A stretch of 64,000 bases of DNA, from assembly GCA_031378375.1 (NCBI GenBank), contig JANNEF010000342.1:4156-68155 (forward strand). Direction: 5' to 3'. This stretch comes from Verrucomicrobiota bacterium (lineage in GTDB: Bacteria > Verrucomicrobiota > Verrucomicrobiia > Limisphaerales > JANNEF01). The translations under genes were made by a program, and so were the position numbers. Below the pieces are notes generated by a model. The model was not told the DNA's origin, did not search any database, and was given only the letters and a program-made list of their open reading frames with translations. Position 1 is the first letter of the stretch. Every line of letters starts with the position of its first letter. Below are positions 36,561 to 46,574 of the stretch, piece by piece.

Positions 36561-38762
36561 TTATTCCCGGGTGACGAACTCGTCCAGGTTCAACATCACC
36601 TGCGCGACAGTAACCAGCGCGGCGGCCTCGGCAACATCGGCCTGCTCCGGCTTCGCGTCACCCGCGACCCTGGCGGCGTCCGCGCACTGAACCGCCAGTC
36701 GCCGTTCGTCTTCATAAAGTTTTTCCAACCGCGCCAATTCCCTCGTACCCGGCTGCCGGCCCAGGCAGAGCACAAAGCCCTGGGAAATTTTCGCCCGCAT
36801 GTCGGAGCCCGGCAACGCCCTCATCCGCCGCGCCAGCCCCTGCGCGCACTCGAAGAAAATTCCGTGATTCAGCAGCGTCAGCGCCTGGAGCGGCGTGTTG
36901 CTCCGCTCACGGCGCGGGCAACTCTCGGACGAGTTGGCCTGGTCGAAGGTCATCGCCGTGGGATACGGCACGGTACGCTGCGAGAAAATGTAGAGGCCCC
37001 GCCGATACCGCTCCGGCCCGGCGGAATCGTTCCAAACAAATGCGCCCGCCCCGCCGAGGACTTTGAACTCCGGCGGTGTTTGCGGACGAAAGCTTGGGCC
37101 GCCAATCTCCGGGTTCAACAATCCGCCGGCGGCAAGAAAGGTGTCGCGGACAATTTCCGACTCCAGCCGGAACCGGTTCTGCCGGGCGAGCAAAGTATTC
37201 AGCGGATCGCGCGTGTTCAACTCCGGGCGCGCATGGGAGGACTGGCGGTAGGCGGCGGATGTCACCATGAGTTTGATCATCGCCTTGCGGCTCCAACCGC
37301 GCTGCAAAAACTCCGTCGCCAGCCAGTCGAGCAGTTCGGGATGCGACGGCGGTTCGCCACGCGTGCCGAAATCCTCCGGCGTATTCACCAGACCGCGACC
37401 AAAGAGGTGTTGCCAGCAATAGTTCACGGCGACCCGCGCCGTCAGCGGGTTCGCGGACTCCACCAGCCAACGGGCCAAGTCCAGGCGGTCGGCGCCCGCT
37501 CCGCGCGGCCTGAACGGATGCAACACCGTAAGGGTGGCCGGCTGCACTTCTTCGCCGGGCCGGAGAAAATCCCCGCGAATGTGGACGCGCGTCGGCGGCG
37601 CGTTGGTCAGTTCCCGGAAGGCCTGCGCCTTCGCATTCCGGTCCCTGGTGTTGGGTGCGGAGATGTCCGCCTCCTGCGCCTGGTTGAAAAAGGCGTAGAA
37701 CTGGAAGAACTCGCGCTGGCTGATCGGATCGTATTTGTGCGAGTGGCATTGCGCGCACCCGAGCGTAAGGCCCAGCCACACCGTGCCAGTGGTGGCCACG
37801 CGATCCACTTTGGCTTTGCAGCGAAACTCCTCGGCGTCCACGCCGTCCTCGTGGTTCATCAGCGTATTGCGGTGGAAACCGGTGGCAATCATTTGTTCGC
37901 GCGTGGCGTCGGGCAGCAAATCACCAGCAAGTTGTTCGACGGTGAACTGGTCGAACGGCTGATCGCGGTTGAAGGAATCGATTACCCAGTCGCGAAAGAC
38001 GTAAGCGTGCGGACGCGGGTGATCAAGCTGGTAGCCCTCGCTGTCCGCGTAGCGCGCGAGGTCGAGCCAGTGCCGGCCCCAGCGCTCGCCAAAATGGGGC
38101 GAGGCAAGCAGCGAATCCACCAGGCGCTCGTAAACGTCCGGTCGGCGATCCGCAAGAAACGCGCGCACCTGTTCGGGTGTCGGCGGCAGTCCGATCAAAT
38201 CGAGGTACAGCCGGCGCACCAGAGTGAAGCGGTCCGCCTCGGGCGACGGTTCCACGCCTTCGCGCTCCAGTTTCGCCAGCACAAAAGCGTCAATCGGATT
38301 GCGGGGCCAGCGGCGGTTCTCAACCTTGGGCGCGGGCGGACGCACCGGCGTGTTGAATGCCCAATGCTGGCCCGCAGCGAGGGACGCGTCGTCCGGCCAC
38401 GGCGCTCCGGCGTCAATCCAGGCGCGGAGCCGCGCGACTTGATCGGTCGAGAGGCGTTCGCCCTTGGGCGGCATCACGTCGTCCTGGTCTGCCGTGATGA
38501 GGCGCGCGACGAGCGCACTCGCTGCACTGTTGCTGACGACGATGGCCAATTTTCCAGAATCGCCGCCGCGAAAAGCATCAGTCCGGCGGTCTAGCCGGTA
38601 CCCGCTTTTCTGTTTTTTCGGGCCGTGGCACTCCAGGCAACGCTCGGCGAAGATCGGGCGAATGTCCCGGACATAATCAACCGTGCTCGCCGCCGTCCTC
38701 CACACAAACAGCATCCCAGCCAGTGCCTGACTCAGGCAAATGATTCTCAAGGCGGCGCGCAT
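36561..38762 (-). CDS. PSCyt (planctomycete cytochrome c) / DUF1549 / DUF1553 protein
   Basis: Haem motif 'CLECHGPKKQKSGYRLD', 'DRFTLVRRLYLDLIGLPPT', 'CAQCHSHKYDPISQREFFQFYAFFN'. Ends 5 nt before the DUF1501 start. Confidence 0.85.
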   Translation of the reverse strand: MRAALRIICLSQALAGMLFVWRTAASTVDYVRDIRPIFAERCLECHGPKKQKSGYRLDRRTDAFRGGDSGKLAIVVSNSAASALVARLITADQDDVMPPKGERLSTDQVARLRAWIDAGAPWPDDASLAAGQHWAFNTPVRPPAPKVENRRWPRNPIDAFVLAKLEREGVEPSPEADRFTLVRRLYLDLIGLPPTPEQVRAFLADRRPDVYERLVDSLLASPHFGERWGRHWLDLARYADSEGYQLDHPRPHAYVFRDWVIDSFNRDQPFDQFTVEQLAGDLLPDATREQMIATGFHRNTLMNHEDGVDAEEFRCKAKVDRVATTGTVWLGLTLGCAQCHSHKYDPISQREFFQFYAFFNQAQEADISAPNTRDRNAKAQAFRELTNAPPTRVHIRGDFLRPGEEVQPATLTVLHPFRPRGAGADRLDLARWLVESANPLTARVAVNYCWQHLFGRGLVNTPEDFGTRGEPPSHPELLDWLATEFLQRGWSRKAMIKLMVTSAAYRQSSHARPELNTRDPLNTLLARQNRFRLESEIVRDTFLAAGGLLNPEIGGPSFRPQTPPEFKVLGGAGAFVWNDSAGPERYRRGLYIFSQRTVPYPTAMTFDQANSSESCPRRERSNTPLQALTLLNHGIFFECAQGLARRMRALPGSDMRAKISQGFVLCLGRQPGTRELARLEKLYEDERRLAVQCADAARVAGDAKPEQADVAEAAALVTVAQVMLNLDEFVTRE

Positions 38763-38945
38763 CGGTTCTTTCAGTTTTCAATTCTCACGCGCCGTTGGAC
38801 GCACGCGGCGCGCGTTCTATTTCAGGCTGGCATCGAAACATGGGCGCATCCGACTCAGCTTCCATACCCGGGCTGAGCGAACTTGAATCCCATCTGCAGA
38901 CGACTAACGACGAGCGCCCGGACCCGCCGGGCGAAATCTGGGCCG

Positions 38946-39515
38946 TCAACCAACTGGACCGCAGGGCACGGTGGATGAAAGTGAACTCACCGAACGGACA
39001 GTTGGTATTACGACAGGAGTCCTCGAATAGCGCCCGACCGGAGGCACACTCGGCGATGAAGCAACGATGACGGCACTCGGAACTCCAGCCGCCGGCGCGA
39101 CGCGGCGGTACGCAGGGAACGACGCCGGTTGCCGTTGGATGCGCTCCTGCCTGGCCTGTGCGCGACGGGCGGCGGCGGCGCGAGCGGGGACTTCCGCCTG
39201 GTCGAGCAACTGGCGAACCGGCAGAGCCTCACAATTCTCAAGGGTCGGCGCGACAATCACCCAACCACGCAAAGGCTCACTCAAGGCAGCCAGTTGGCGG
39301 TTGGTCGAACGGAGGCCCGACGGATCGGTGACAACCGTGGAGACATACCGCACCGGAACGCGGTCAACGTAGGCAACGCTAGTGATGATCCGGGTTTCGA
39401 AGGCCGTGTAAACTCTCGGCATCGGCCCAGTTGAAGCGACATCCGCACCGCCCGCGACCAGATTCCACAACGCGAGAACCACACCGGCGAGGAGTTGCAC
39501 TTGTCTGTTCCTCAT
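38946..39515 (-). CDS. Hypothetical secreted protein
   Basis: ATG at 39515 gives the leader 'MRNRQVQLLAGVVLALWNLVAGG'. Lies 55 nt downstream of ccsA on the same strand. No motif recognised. Confidence 0.4.
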   Translation of the reverse strand: MRNRQVQLLAGVVLALWNLVAGGADVASTGPMPRVYTAFETRIITSVAYVDRVPVRYVSTVVTDPSGLRSTNRQLAALSEPLRGWVIVAPTLENCEALPVRQLLDQAEVPARAAAARRAQARQERIQRQPASFPAYRRVAPAAGVPSAVIVASSPSVPPVGRYSRTPVVIPTVRSVSSLSSTVPCGPVG

Positions 39516-39570
39516 GTTGGAAGGGTAGCCGTCAGCCGGGCCGGCACAAGTGGCAAGTTCGGTCACAAAC

Positions 39571-41544
39571 TCATCCGGTGGAGGGCAATGGTTTCTCCTG
39601 ACCGCCCATGGGTGGGACGTCTCCCGGCGCTGCCTTCGTCGGGCGAAAACTCGCCCACAACCGTAGCGGCAACAAACCCAGAGCCATGAAGAGCGCCTGG
39701 GTAGCGACGAAAATCATCAGCCACTTGAAAGCCGCGTCCATGAAACCATAGCTGTGCAATCCGATGCCGAGCATGTTCACGCCGAACCACGAGAAGCTCG
39801 TCACCACATTGCCGAACACGGCCATGTTCATCAGCCCGCGCTCACGCACCAACCCGCCCCAACGCGCATGGAGAATCGTTGCGTTCCACAGCACGATGAT
39901 CAACGCGCCATTTTCCTTTGGATCCCAGCCCCAGAAACGGCCCCACGACTGATCGGCCCAGATGCCGCCGAGCACGGTGCCCGTGAAGCTGAACAGCGTG
40001 GCGAAGCAAAGAATGCCGTAAACCATGCGGGTGAGAATTTTGGCAGTCTCCCCGGCGAGATGGCGGGTGAACACGCCCAGCACGATGAACAGGATGGCGA
40101 TCAAGCCCGCCACGTACGTCGAAGCGTAGCCCAGCGTGATGACCGTGACGTGCGTGGCCAGCCAGAAATTCGTATCCAGCACCGCGCGCAGCATCTCCAT
40201 CGTATCGCCGCCCATGGACAGGTTGTGCGCGATGATGAGGGTGATGAAACCCGCCAGCGACGCCACCGCGCTGCCGATTCCGATCTTGAAAATGCGCTCC
40301 AGGATGAGCCCCAGCAACACCGCACCCCAGCCGATGAAGATGGCGGAGGAATAGAGGTTCGTCACCGGCGGACGCCCTTCCAAGACCATGCGAAACACCA
40401 GGCCGAACGTGTGGATGACCCACGCCAGCGCGATCAGGTAGAACGCCGAACGCCGGAACATCTCCGACCAACGCGCCCACGCCACCGTGGCCAGCGCGGC
40501 ACACGCACAGAGGAAGGCGAAGATGTAAGCAATCATCGCCCGCATGAAGGGCAGCAGGTTGTTGAAGAAAAATTCGTTGCGGCTCTTGCGCAATTCCGGC
40601 GCGAGTTTCCCGGCCAGCCATTGGCGGTATTCTTCCACGGCACGATTGAACGCGTCGGGTTTGTCCTGGCGATATGCGCTGGCCATCTGCGCGTAATAAT
40701 TCATGGCCGGATGCACCTCGCCGCCACGGATGACCTCCATCAGGTTCGCTCCTGCATTCTGCCAGTTGTCGCGCGAGACTTCCGGCTGGGCCGGCGGGAC
40801 GATCAACGGCAGCGCCATCTGCTCGACGAGATAATAGTGCTGGGCCGGTTTGGCGAAACGGTCGAGGGCCTCCTTGTCGAACTCCTTCCCCTCCTGCTGC
40901 GCGCGCACGGCGGCCATGCCGGCGGGAACGGACTGCTTGAATTCGGCCAATTCTTTGGCGAAGTCATCCGAAACCTCGGGCCGCAAGCTGTTCTTCAACC
41001 GCTCGTAGATGGTCAGGCCACGCTCCAGGTTGGCGAGTTGCTTTTGCACGGGCGTCCAAAGTTTGTCATCCACCCCGTTGAGGCGTTTGGCCTGCTCGTG
41101 GATTTCCGGCCGCACCGGCTTGAGTTCGGCGTAGGTGAAGTAGTGCAGGCCGGATTTCTCGGTGCCTTTGCCTTCCAGCTTGAACTCACCCAGCAACTCC
41201 GGGTGATGAATCAGAAAAATGTTGCGCGCGTCCGCCTGCTCCGGCCGCACGAGAACTTCAAGCAGCCATTCGCCGGGACGCAGCTTCTTGGGATGCTTCC
41301 AAAACTCCCACGCCTTCTTTTCCGCCAGCGGCACGTCCTGGGTGTTGCGGATTTGCAGCAGTGAATTACGCCCCACGGAATCGAGCGGCTGCACGCGTCC
41401 GTTGAGCAGCGCAGGCAGCCTGCCGAACTCGCGCGTATGAAAACCGGTTTCAGCGCGCGGGCGGAGCGCCTGAAGCGCCTCGGCGGCGAACAGTGCGACC
41501 AGCAACCAGGGCAAGGTCCGGCCAAGGGTCGAAAACATTTTCAT
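39571..41544 (-). CDS. ccsA: Cytochrome c biogenesis protein CcsA/ResC (System II), long form
   Basis: Trp-rich haem-handling motif 'WGRFWGWDPKENGALI' with many TM segments. ATG at 41544 overlaps the resB stop (ATGA). Confidence 0.85.
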   Translation of the reverse strand: MKMFSTLGRTLPWLLVALFAAEALQALRPRAETGFHTREFGRLPALLNGRVQPLDSVGRNSLLQIRNTQDVPLAEKKAWEFWKHPKKLRPGEWLLEVLVRPEQADARNIFLIHHPELLGEFKLEGKGTEKSGLHYFTYAELKPVRPEIHEQAKRLNGVDDKLWTPVQKQLANLERGLTIYERLKNSLRPEVSDDFAKELAEFKQSVPAGMAAVRAQQEGKEFDKEALDRFAKPAQHYYLVEQMALPLIVPPAQPEVSRDNWQNAGANLMEVIRGGEVHPAMNYYAQMASAYRQDKPDAFNRAVEEYRQWLAGKLAPELRKSRNEFFFNNLLPFMRAMIAYIFAFLCACAALATVAWARWSEMFRRSAFYLIALAWVIHTFGLVFRMVLEGRPPVTNLYSSAIFIGWGAVLLGLILERIFKIGIGSAVASLAGFITLIIAHNLSMGGDTMEMLRAVLDTNFWLATHVTVITLGYASTYVAGLIAILFIVLGVFTRHLAGETAKILTRMVYGILCFATLFSFTGTVLGGIWADQSWGRFWGWDPKENGALIIVLWNATILHARWGGLVRERGLMNMAVFGNVVTSFSWFGVNMLGIGLHSYGFMDAAFKWLMIFVATQALFMALGLLPLRLWASFRPTKAAPGDVPPMGGQEKPLPSTG

Positions 41545-42686
41545 GCGGTCCTCCGTTTCATGGCGAAGCCAATCAGGTGCGTCATAAACTGCACGATCAA
41601 ACCGAGCGCCACGAGCACGCACGCCAGATACGGCGTGAGCCAGCCCGGATTGCGCACCACTTGCAGAATCGTCACCGTCGGATCCTTGTCGTCAAACCCG
41701 GCCTGGTAGTACGTCTCTCCACCGTACCGCAGCGGGTTGTTCATCCAGATTTTCACTTCACGATCCTCGCGGGTCGCCGGGTTTTGCAGGCGAATCACGC
41801 TGGAGAAATTCTTCGGAATATCGGTGCCCTTGTATTTGTCGTGGGCGAAGTCCTGCAAGGTGATGCTGTGCGCCTTGTAGTGGCGGGTGAAGCGCAGGGC
41901 CAGTTGATAAACCTTGTGGTCGTTGGTGAACGTCTGCGGCTGGCCGATCTGGCTCGAAACGAGCCAGGTGCCCAGCGATTCGTTTCCCTTGAGCACTTCG
42001 ATCACGGCGCTGGGCAGGTTGCGCTCGTCCATCTTGGCGGTCACCGGCAGGTTGCGGACGTGAACGCCCACGCCCACGCCTTGAGTGGCGTCGGCAGGCA
42101 CCGTTCCGTTTGCGGGCTTGCCGAGGATGTCGGTGTTCGGCCAGTGGCGTTTGACTCGAAGGGTCACCGGGAGCTTCGGGTGGCGGATTTCCTTCTGGGC
42201 CGCAACGAGTGATTCGGGAATGGCGATGACCTCGTCCTGCTGCGTGTCCGACATGTCAACGACCACCAGTTCGTTGGCGTGGAAGTCTTGCGAGAAATTC
42301 TTCGATTCCCCCTCCGCCAGCCGCATCGCGCTCTCGGTCGAAAGCACGTCGGTGAGCAACTGGCCGAGCAGCAGCAGGATGATTCCGGCGTGCGTCAGGT
42401 TGATGCCGATTTTTTTCCTCGTGAACTTGAACCGCTTGGCGTGTGCGGAGAACAAGTTCACGAGCAGCAGGCTGCCCAGCAGATAGCCGCCGGGGAACAC
42501 CGGCAGCTTCATGCCCGCCGCCGGCGACCACCAGATGAAGAAGCTCTTGAAGTACCGCGCTTGCGCCTGGTAAAGCCCCTCGTCCACCTGCGCCAGCGTG
42601 CCGATGAACACCAGCAACGTGCCCAGGCAGAGCAAGGCCACGGTCAGCTTGAGTGAGGTGAAAAGGTTGATGACGCGGTCAAACAT
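41541..42686 (-). CDS. resB: Cytochrome c biogenesis protein ResB/Ccs1 (System II)
   Basis: 'MFDRVINLFTSLKLTVALLCLGTLLVFIGTLAQ', a large soluble loop and C-terminal TM. Position is immediately upstream of ccsA. ATG at 42686 overlaps the upstream gene by 8 nt. Confidence 0.8.
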   Translation of the reverse strand: MFDRVINLFTSLKLTVALLCLGTLLVFIGTLAQVDEGLYQAQARYFKSFFIWWSPAAGMKLPVFPGGYLLGSLLLVNLFSAHAKRFKFTRKKIGINLTHAGIILLLLGQLLTDVLSTESAMRLAEGESKNFSQDFHANELVVVDMSDTQQDEVIAIPESLVAAQKEIRHPKLPVTLRVKRHWPNTDILGKPANGTVPADATQGVGVGVHVRNLPVTAKMDERNLPSAVIEVLKGNESLGTWLVSSQIGQPQTFTNDHKVYQLALRFTRHYKAHSITLQDFAHDKYKGTDIPKNFSSVIRLQNPATREDREVKIWMNNPLRYGGETYYQAGFDDKDPTVTILQVVRNPGWLTPYLACVLVALGLIVQFMTHLIGFAMKRRTA

Positions 42687-43776
42687 TGGGGTAGCGCACG
42701 GTTTGGACAAATTTGATGAAAGCCGCCTTCTCGCGCTCGGCGACGGACTCATCGCCCAGCATCTTGTAAAACCAGGTGCTGCCACCACGCGGCACGATCA
42801 CGCCGAGCAGTCGCACTTGCTTCCCGGTCGCCTTGCTGGTCCCGGTCATATCCACCAGCGTTGCCTTGCCGCCTGATGCGTCGAGCGACGTGACCAGCTT
42901 GGCAAGCTCCGCCTCCCCCACGCCCGCCAGCCCGATCTGGCCGCGCCAACGATTCACGTTCGCCAGCAACCCGCCGGTGTCGCCGGGGAAGGAACTGACC
43001 GTGATTTCCGTCTTCGTCCCCGCGTCGCCGGTCACGAGAAACTTGGCGAGGACCATCTGCGTGGGCGGTTGTTCTTGCCAGCCACCGGGCACGTCCCACT
43101 GCGGCAGGCCGGCAGCGGCGGGCGGCGGTTCGGCGGTGCTTGAATGGGCGGCGTTAGCGTCTCCCTCGTGGAAGGTGATTGATTTGAGAAAATCCAAAAA
43201 CGCGGGGCGCTGCTCGGCGACCAGCGCGGCGTCCCCCGCCAGTTTGAAAAACCACGTCTTGCCGCCGCGCGGCAAGACGGCCACCAGCGTGCGCACCTTG
43301 CGCGCCGCTTCGCTCGCTGCTTCCGCTCCGAACACGTCGAAGAGCTTGGCCGCCGCCTCGCCGACGGTGACGCGCTCCATGTATTTGGACAACTCCACCT
43401 CTCCGATTGGCGCAAGCCCCACCTGGCCGCGCCAAAGATTCACGAAATCCAGATCCGTCCCGCCCAGACTTGAAAACGGCATGACGGCGACTTCCGCCTG
43501 TTCCGTGTCCTTGCCCTGGATGGAGAAGTTCGCCACGCGCATCTGGGTGCCCGGCTGTTCGGTCCAGCCCGCCGGGACTGTGTAGTGAACGTCTTCGGCG
43601 GGTTCCTCATGCGGGGAGGTGCGCGCGGTTTCCACCGGTGGTTTCTCCTTCAGGATTTTGTAAACGCGAATCTCCTCCTGGCCACACCCGGCCAGCCAGA
43701 GCGCGGAGCACAAAACCGCCGCGCCTCGCTGAACGAACGAGGTGGGGCGGCCGGATGTCGCGAAATTCATTCTCAT
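42679..43776 (-). CDS. Lipoprotein with two paralogous ~150-aa domains, coupled to resB
   Basis: Lipobox 'LWLAGCGQ'. Repeats 'VPAGWTEQPGTQMRVANFSI..VNLWRGQVGLAPIGEVEL' and 'VPGGWQEQPPTQMVLAKFLV..VNRWRGQIGLAGVGEAEL'. Confidence 0.6.
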   Translation of the reverse strand: MRMNFATSGRPTSFVQRGAAVLCSALWLAGCGQEEIRVYKILKEKPPVETARTSPHEEPAEDVHYTVPAGWTEQPGTQMRVANFSIQGKDTEQAEVAVMPFSSLGGTDLDFVNLWRGQVGLAPIGEVELSKYMERVTVGEAAAKLFDVFGAEAASEAARKVRTLVAVLPRGGKTWFFKLAGDAALVAEQRPAFLDFLKSITFHEGDANAAHSSTAEPPPAAAGLPQWDVPGGWQEQPPTQMVLAKFLVTGDAGTKTEITVSSFPGDTGGLLANVNRWRGQIGLAGVGEAELAKLVTSLDASGGKATLVDMTGTSKATGKQVRLLGVIVPRGGSTWFYKMLGDESVAEREKAAFIKFVQTVRYPNV

Positions 43777-43943
43777 GTTTGTACTGGGCCTCGAAACTGG
43801 CGGCAAGCCGTTTGGACGGAAAGTTCGACGCGAGCCGGAAACATTTGTTCAGATGGTGCCGTCGCAGCCAAATGAAACGAGCGACGACATCTTCGGTCTG
43901 GTGCAAACCATCCAACCCGCGTATGGATTGAACCCGCATCCTT

Positions 43944-44780
43944 ATGAAAACAGATTTGTCCGTGCCACCGCCACTAATTCCGCGCCGCGAGGCGTTGCGC
44001 CAAATGAGTGCGGGCGCGCTGCTTGCCGCCGGGTTGTGGCCCGGGGCGTTGCGTGCCGCGGCCAAAGGTGGCTCCAACTCGTTTCGCTTCATCGTCGTCA
44101 ACGACACGCATCTCCAGAGTCCCCAATGCGCCGCCTGGCTGGAGAGCGTGGTGGCGCGGATGAAACTGGAACGCGCGGAGTTTTGTCTGCTGGCGGGAGA
44201 TTTGGTGGAGGACGGAGGCCGCGAGCATCTCGCCGCCGCGCGCGACGTCTTCAAGGGGCTGGGCGTGCCGGTTTACACGCAGATCGGGAACCACGATTAT
44301 CTGACGCAGACGGATCGGACGGCCTATGAGAATTTGTTTCCGAAGCGGCTCAACTATTTCTTCAAAAACCGCGGCTGGCAGTTTGTCGGCCTGGACAGCA
44401 GCGACGGCAAGCGTTACGAGGACACGGACATCCAGCCCGCCACGTTGCGCTGGGTGGACGACAACCTGCGCAAACTGGACAAGCAATTACCACTAGTCAT
44501 CTTCACGCACTTCCCGTTGGGCGCGGAGGTGAAATACCAGCCTTGGAACGCAGATGATTTGCTGGCGAGGTTCGAGACGTTCAATGTGCGAGCGGTGTTC
44601 AGCGGGCACTTTCACGGTTTCACGGAGCGCAGCGCTGCGGGGACGGTGTTCACGACGAACCGCTGCTGCGCGCTCAAACGCGGCAATCACGATGGCACGA
44701 AGGAGAAAGGCTACTTCGTCTGCACCGCGAGCGACGGGCAGATCACGCGCGCGTTCGTTGAGTGCAAGACGCCGGCGTAG
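43944..44780 (+). CDS. Calcineurin-like metallophosphoesterase with Tat-type leader
   Basis: 'RREALRQMSAGALLAAGLW', 'FIVVNDTHL', 'LAGDLVEDG', 'GNHDY', 'VIFTHFP', 'SGHFHG'. Confidence 0.85.
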   Translation: MKTDLSVPPPLIPRREALRQMSAGALLAAGLWPGALRAAAKGGSNSFRFIVVNDTHLQSPQCAAWLESVVARMKLERAEFCLLAGDLVEDGGREHLAAARDVFKGLGVPVYTQIGNHDYLTQTDRTAYENLFPKRLNYFFKNRGWQFVGLDSSDGKRYEDTDIQPATLRWVDDNLRKLDKQLPLVIFTHFPLGAEVKYQPWNADDLLARFETFNVRAVFSGHFHGFTERSAAGTVFTTNRCCALKRGNHDGTKEKGYFVCTASDGQITRAFVECKTPA

Positions 44781-44811
44781 GGGGTGAATTCGCCATCAGC
44801 CGAGTAAACTC

Positions 44812-45384
44812 TCAGGCATCCCCGAGCTGCGGATTCTCCATGAACGCGTAGCAGAGCATGTGGCAGATGCCCATCTGCGCGTCTTCGACGCGACCGTAGT
44901 GCGTGGAGTTGATGACGAGCACGGTGTCGGCAATGTCAGCGACCTTGCCGCGTTTGCCGCCGACCAGGGCGATGGTGTGGAGTCCGGTCTTCTTCGCCCA
45001 TTCGACGGCGCGCACCACGTTGGGCGAACTGCCGCTGACGCTGAGGGTGAGCACGATGTCGCCCGCCTGACCGTAGTTCATCAACTGGCGGAGGAAGACG
45101 TCCTCATAGGTGTAATCGTTGCCCAGCGCCGTCATCCAGCTCACGTTGTCGTTGAGCGAGAGCACGCGGAAGCGGCGGTTGATCTTGTCGGAGGAACCTT
45201 TGCCGAGATCGGTGGCGAAATGCGAGGCGTTGGCCGCGCTGCCGCCGTTGCCGAACACGAAAATCTGCCGATCCTCCTTGATCGCACGCTGGAGCCTTTC
45301 AATCAATTGCGCCACGGCATCAATGGAAATCGAATCAAGCGCGGCCTTCTGCGCCTTCACGTAGTCGTTGATCCAGTTCTTCAT
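44812..45384 (-). CDS. SIS-domain sugar-phosphate isomerase (GmhA-like)
   Basis: 'IFVFGNGGSAANASHFATDL', 'LTLSVSGSSPNVV'. Confidence 0.8.
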   Translation of the reverse strand: MKNWINDYVKAQKAALDSISIDAVAQLIERLQRAIKEDRQIFVFGNGGSAANASHFATDLGKGSSDKINRRFRVLSLNDNVSWMTALGNDYTYEDVFLRQLMNYGQAGDIVLTLSVSGSSPNVVRAVEWAKKTGLHTIALVGGKRGKVADIADTVLVINSTHYGRVEDAQMGICHMLCYAFMENPQLGDA

Positions 45385-45446
45385 GGGCGGAATATTGCAA
45401 ACTCCAGCGGGGGAGGATAGCGGGAAATTTTCAGCGGCAGGTCAGG

Positions 45447-46382
45447 TCACTCGCGTTCGCTCGTGAACCGTTGTCGCGCCGCAACCAGGCAACCAACTGG
45501 CACGGTGTCTTCACCCAGCGCGGCCAGGCGCAGCCGCGGACCGGGCTGGAAGATTTCCATGACGAACGCCGGCAACGCCTCCGCCACCGCCGCGCGCAAC
45601 GGTTCGCCCAGCAGCGTGAGTCCGCCGCCGAGCACGATCACTTCCGGGTGAAACAGGTGCGTGACGTGCGACAGGCCGAAGGCCAGGTCAGTGGCGACCT
45701 CCTTGAGAAGCCGCCACGCCGCCAGGTCGTTCTCACGGAGCGCGCGGTCCAGGTGCAGCGCTTCGCCGCCCGGCGTGTCACCGATCAACTCGCACAACAG
45801 GCTCGGCGAGCCTTCGGCCTTGAGCCGCCGGATGCGCGCGTCCACCGCCCAGCCGGAACAGCGCGACTCCACGGTCGTCCCATCGCGGTCCAGTCGGAGG
45901 TGGCCGATCTCAGCTTCGCCGGGTCGGGCGCCGTGAAAAATCCTCCCGGCCACCACCAACCCACCGCCCACTCCGCTGCCGAGGGTGACGTAGCAAACGG
46001 GATTGGCACCCTGTCCCGCCCCGCGCATGGCCTCGCCCAGCGCGCCCATGTTCGCGTCGTTGTCCACCCGCACGAGGCAATCCGTCCGCGCGCCCACCCA
46101 TTCACCCAGTTCAAAATCTGACCAGCCGGCAATATGATGCGAACAGGCCACGCGCCCCGTGCGCCAGTCCACCGGTCCGCCAAAACCAACCCCCACGGCA
46201 AGCGGTTCCCACGAACGGCTCAACTCAACGAGCGCCCGTTCGATGCGCTGGCGAATGCCGGCGGCACCGTGCCGCCGCTCGACCGTATAACGCAACCGCT
46301 CCAGGACGCGGCCCGTGTCGTCGCCAGCGACGAGTTGCAGTTTGGTGCCGCCGATTTCGATGCCGAAGTAGGCTGGTTGCAT
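45447..46382 (-). CDS. ROK-family sugar kinase
   Basis: 'FGIEIGGTKLQ', 'VDNDANMGALGE', 'LGSGVGGGLV'. ATG at 46382 (track start 46397). Confidence 0.85.
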   Translation of the reverse strand: MQPAYFGIEIGGTKLQLVAGDDTGRVLERLRYTVERRHGAAGIRQRIERALVELSRSWEPLAVGVGFGGPVDWRTGRVACSHHIAGWSDFELGEWVGARTDCLVRVDNDANMGALGEAMRGAGQGANPVCYVTLGSGVGGGLVVAGRIFHGARPGEAEIGHLRLDRDGTTVESRCSGWAVDARIRRLKAEGSPSLLCELIGDTPGGEALHLDRALRENDLAAWRLLKEVATDLAFGLSHVTHLFHPEVIVLGGGLTLLGEPLRAAVAEALPAFVMEIFQPGPRLRLAALGEDTVPVGCLVAARQRFTSERE

Positions 46383-46490
46383 GATTCTTCCTGCCACCCA
46401 TCAAACAGATTGAAGCGCAAATCTCAAGCGAAACACTCATGTCCAAACACGATTGGACCGAACGTGCAAACTCTGGAGCTTCTCTTGAGT

Positions 46491-46514
46491 TTTGAACTTT
46501 GCACTTTGAACTTT
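46491..46514. promoter_or_regulatory. Heptamer array TTTGAAC-TTTGCAC-TTTGAAC-TTT in the ROK / ABC-exporter divergent region
   Basis: Read directly from the sequence. Shares the TTTGAAC core with 4994-5024. Confidence 0.4.
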
Positions 46515-46574
46515 CCCTGCGGATGCACAAAACTCCAACCGCCTTGAACATGACCCGTTGCCTGCCCTCGCTTC

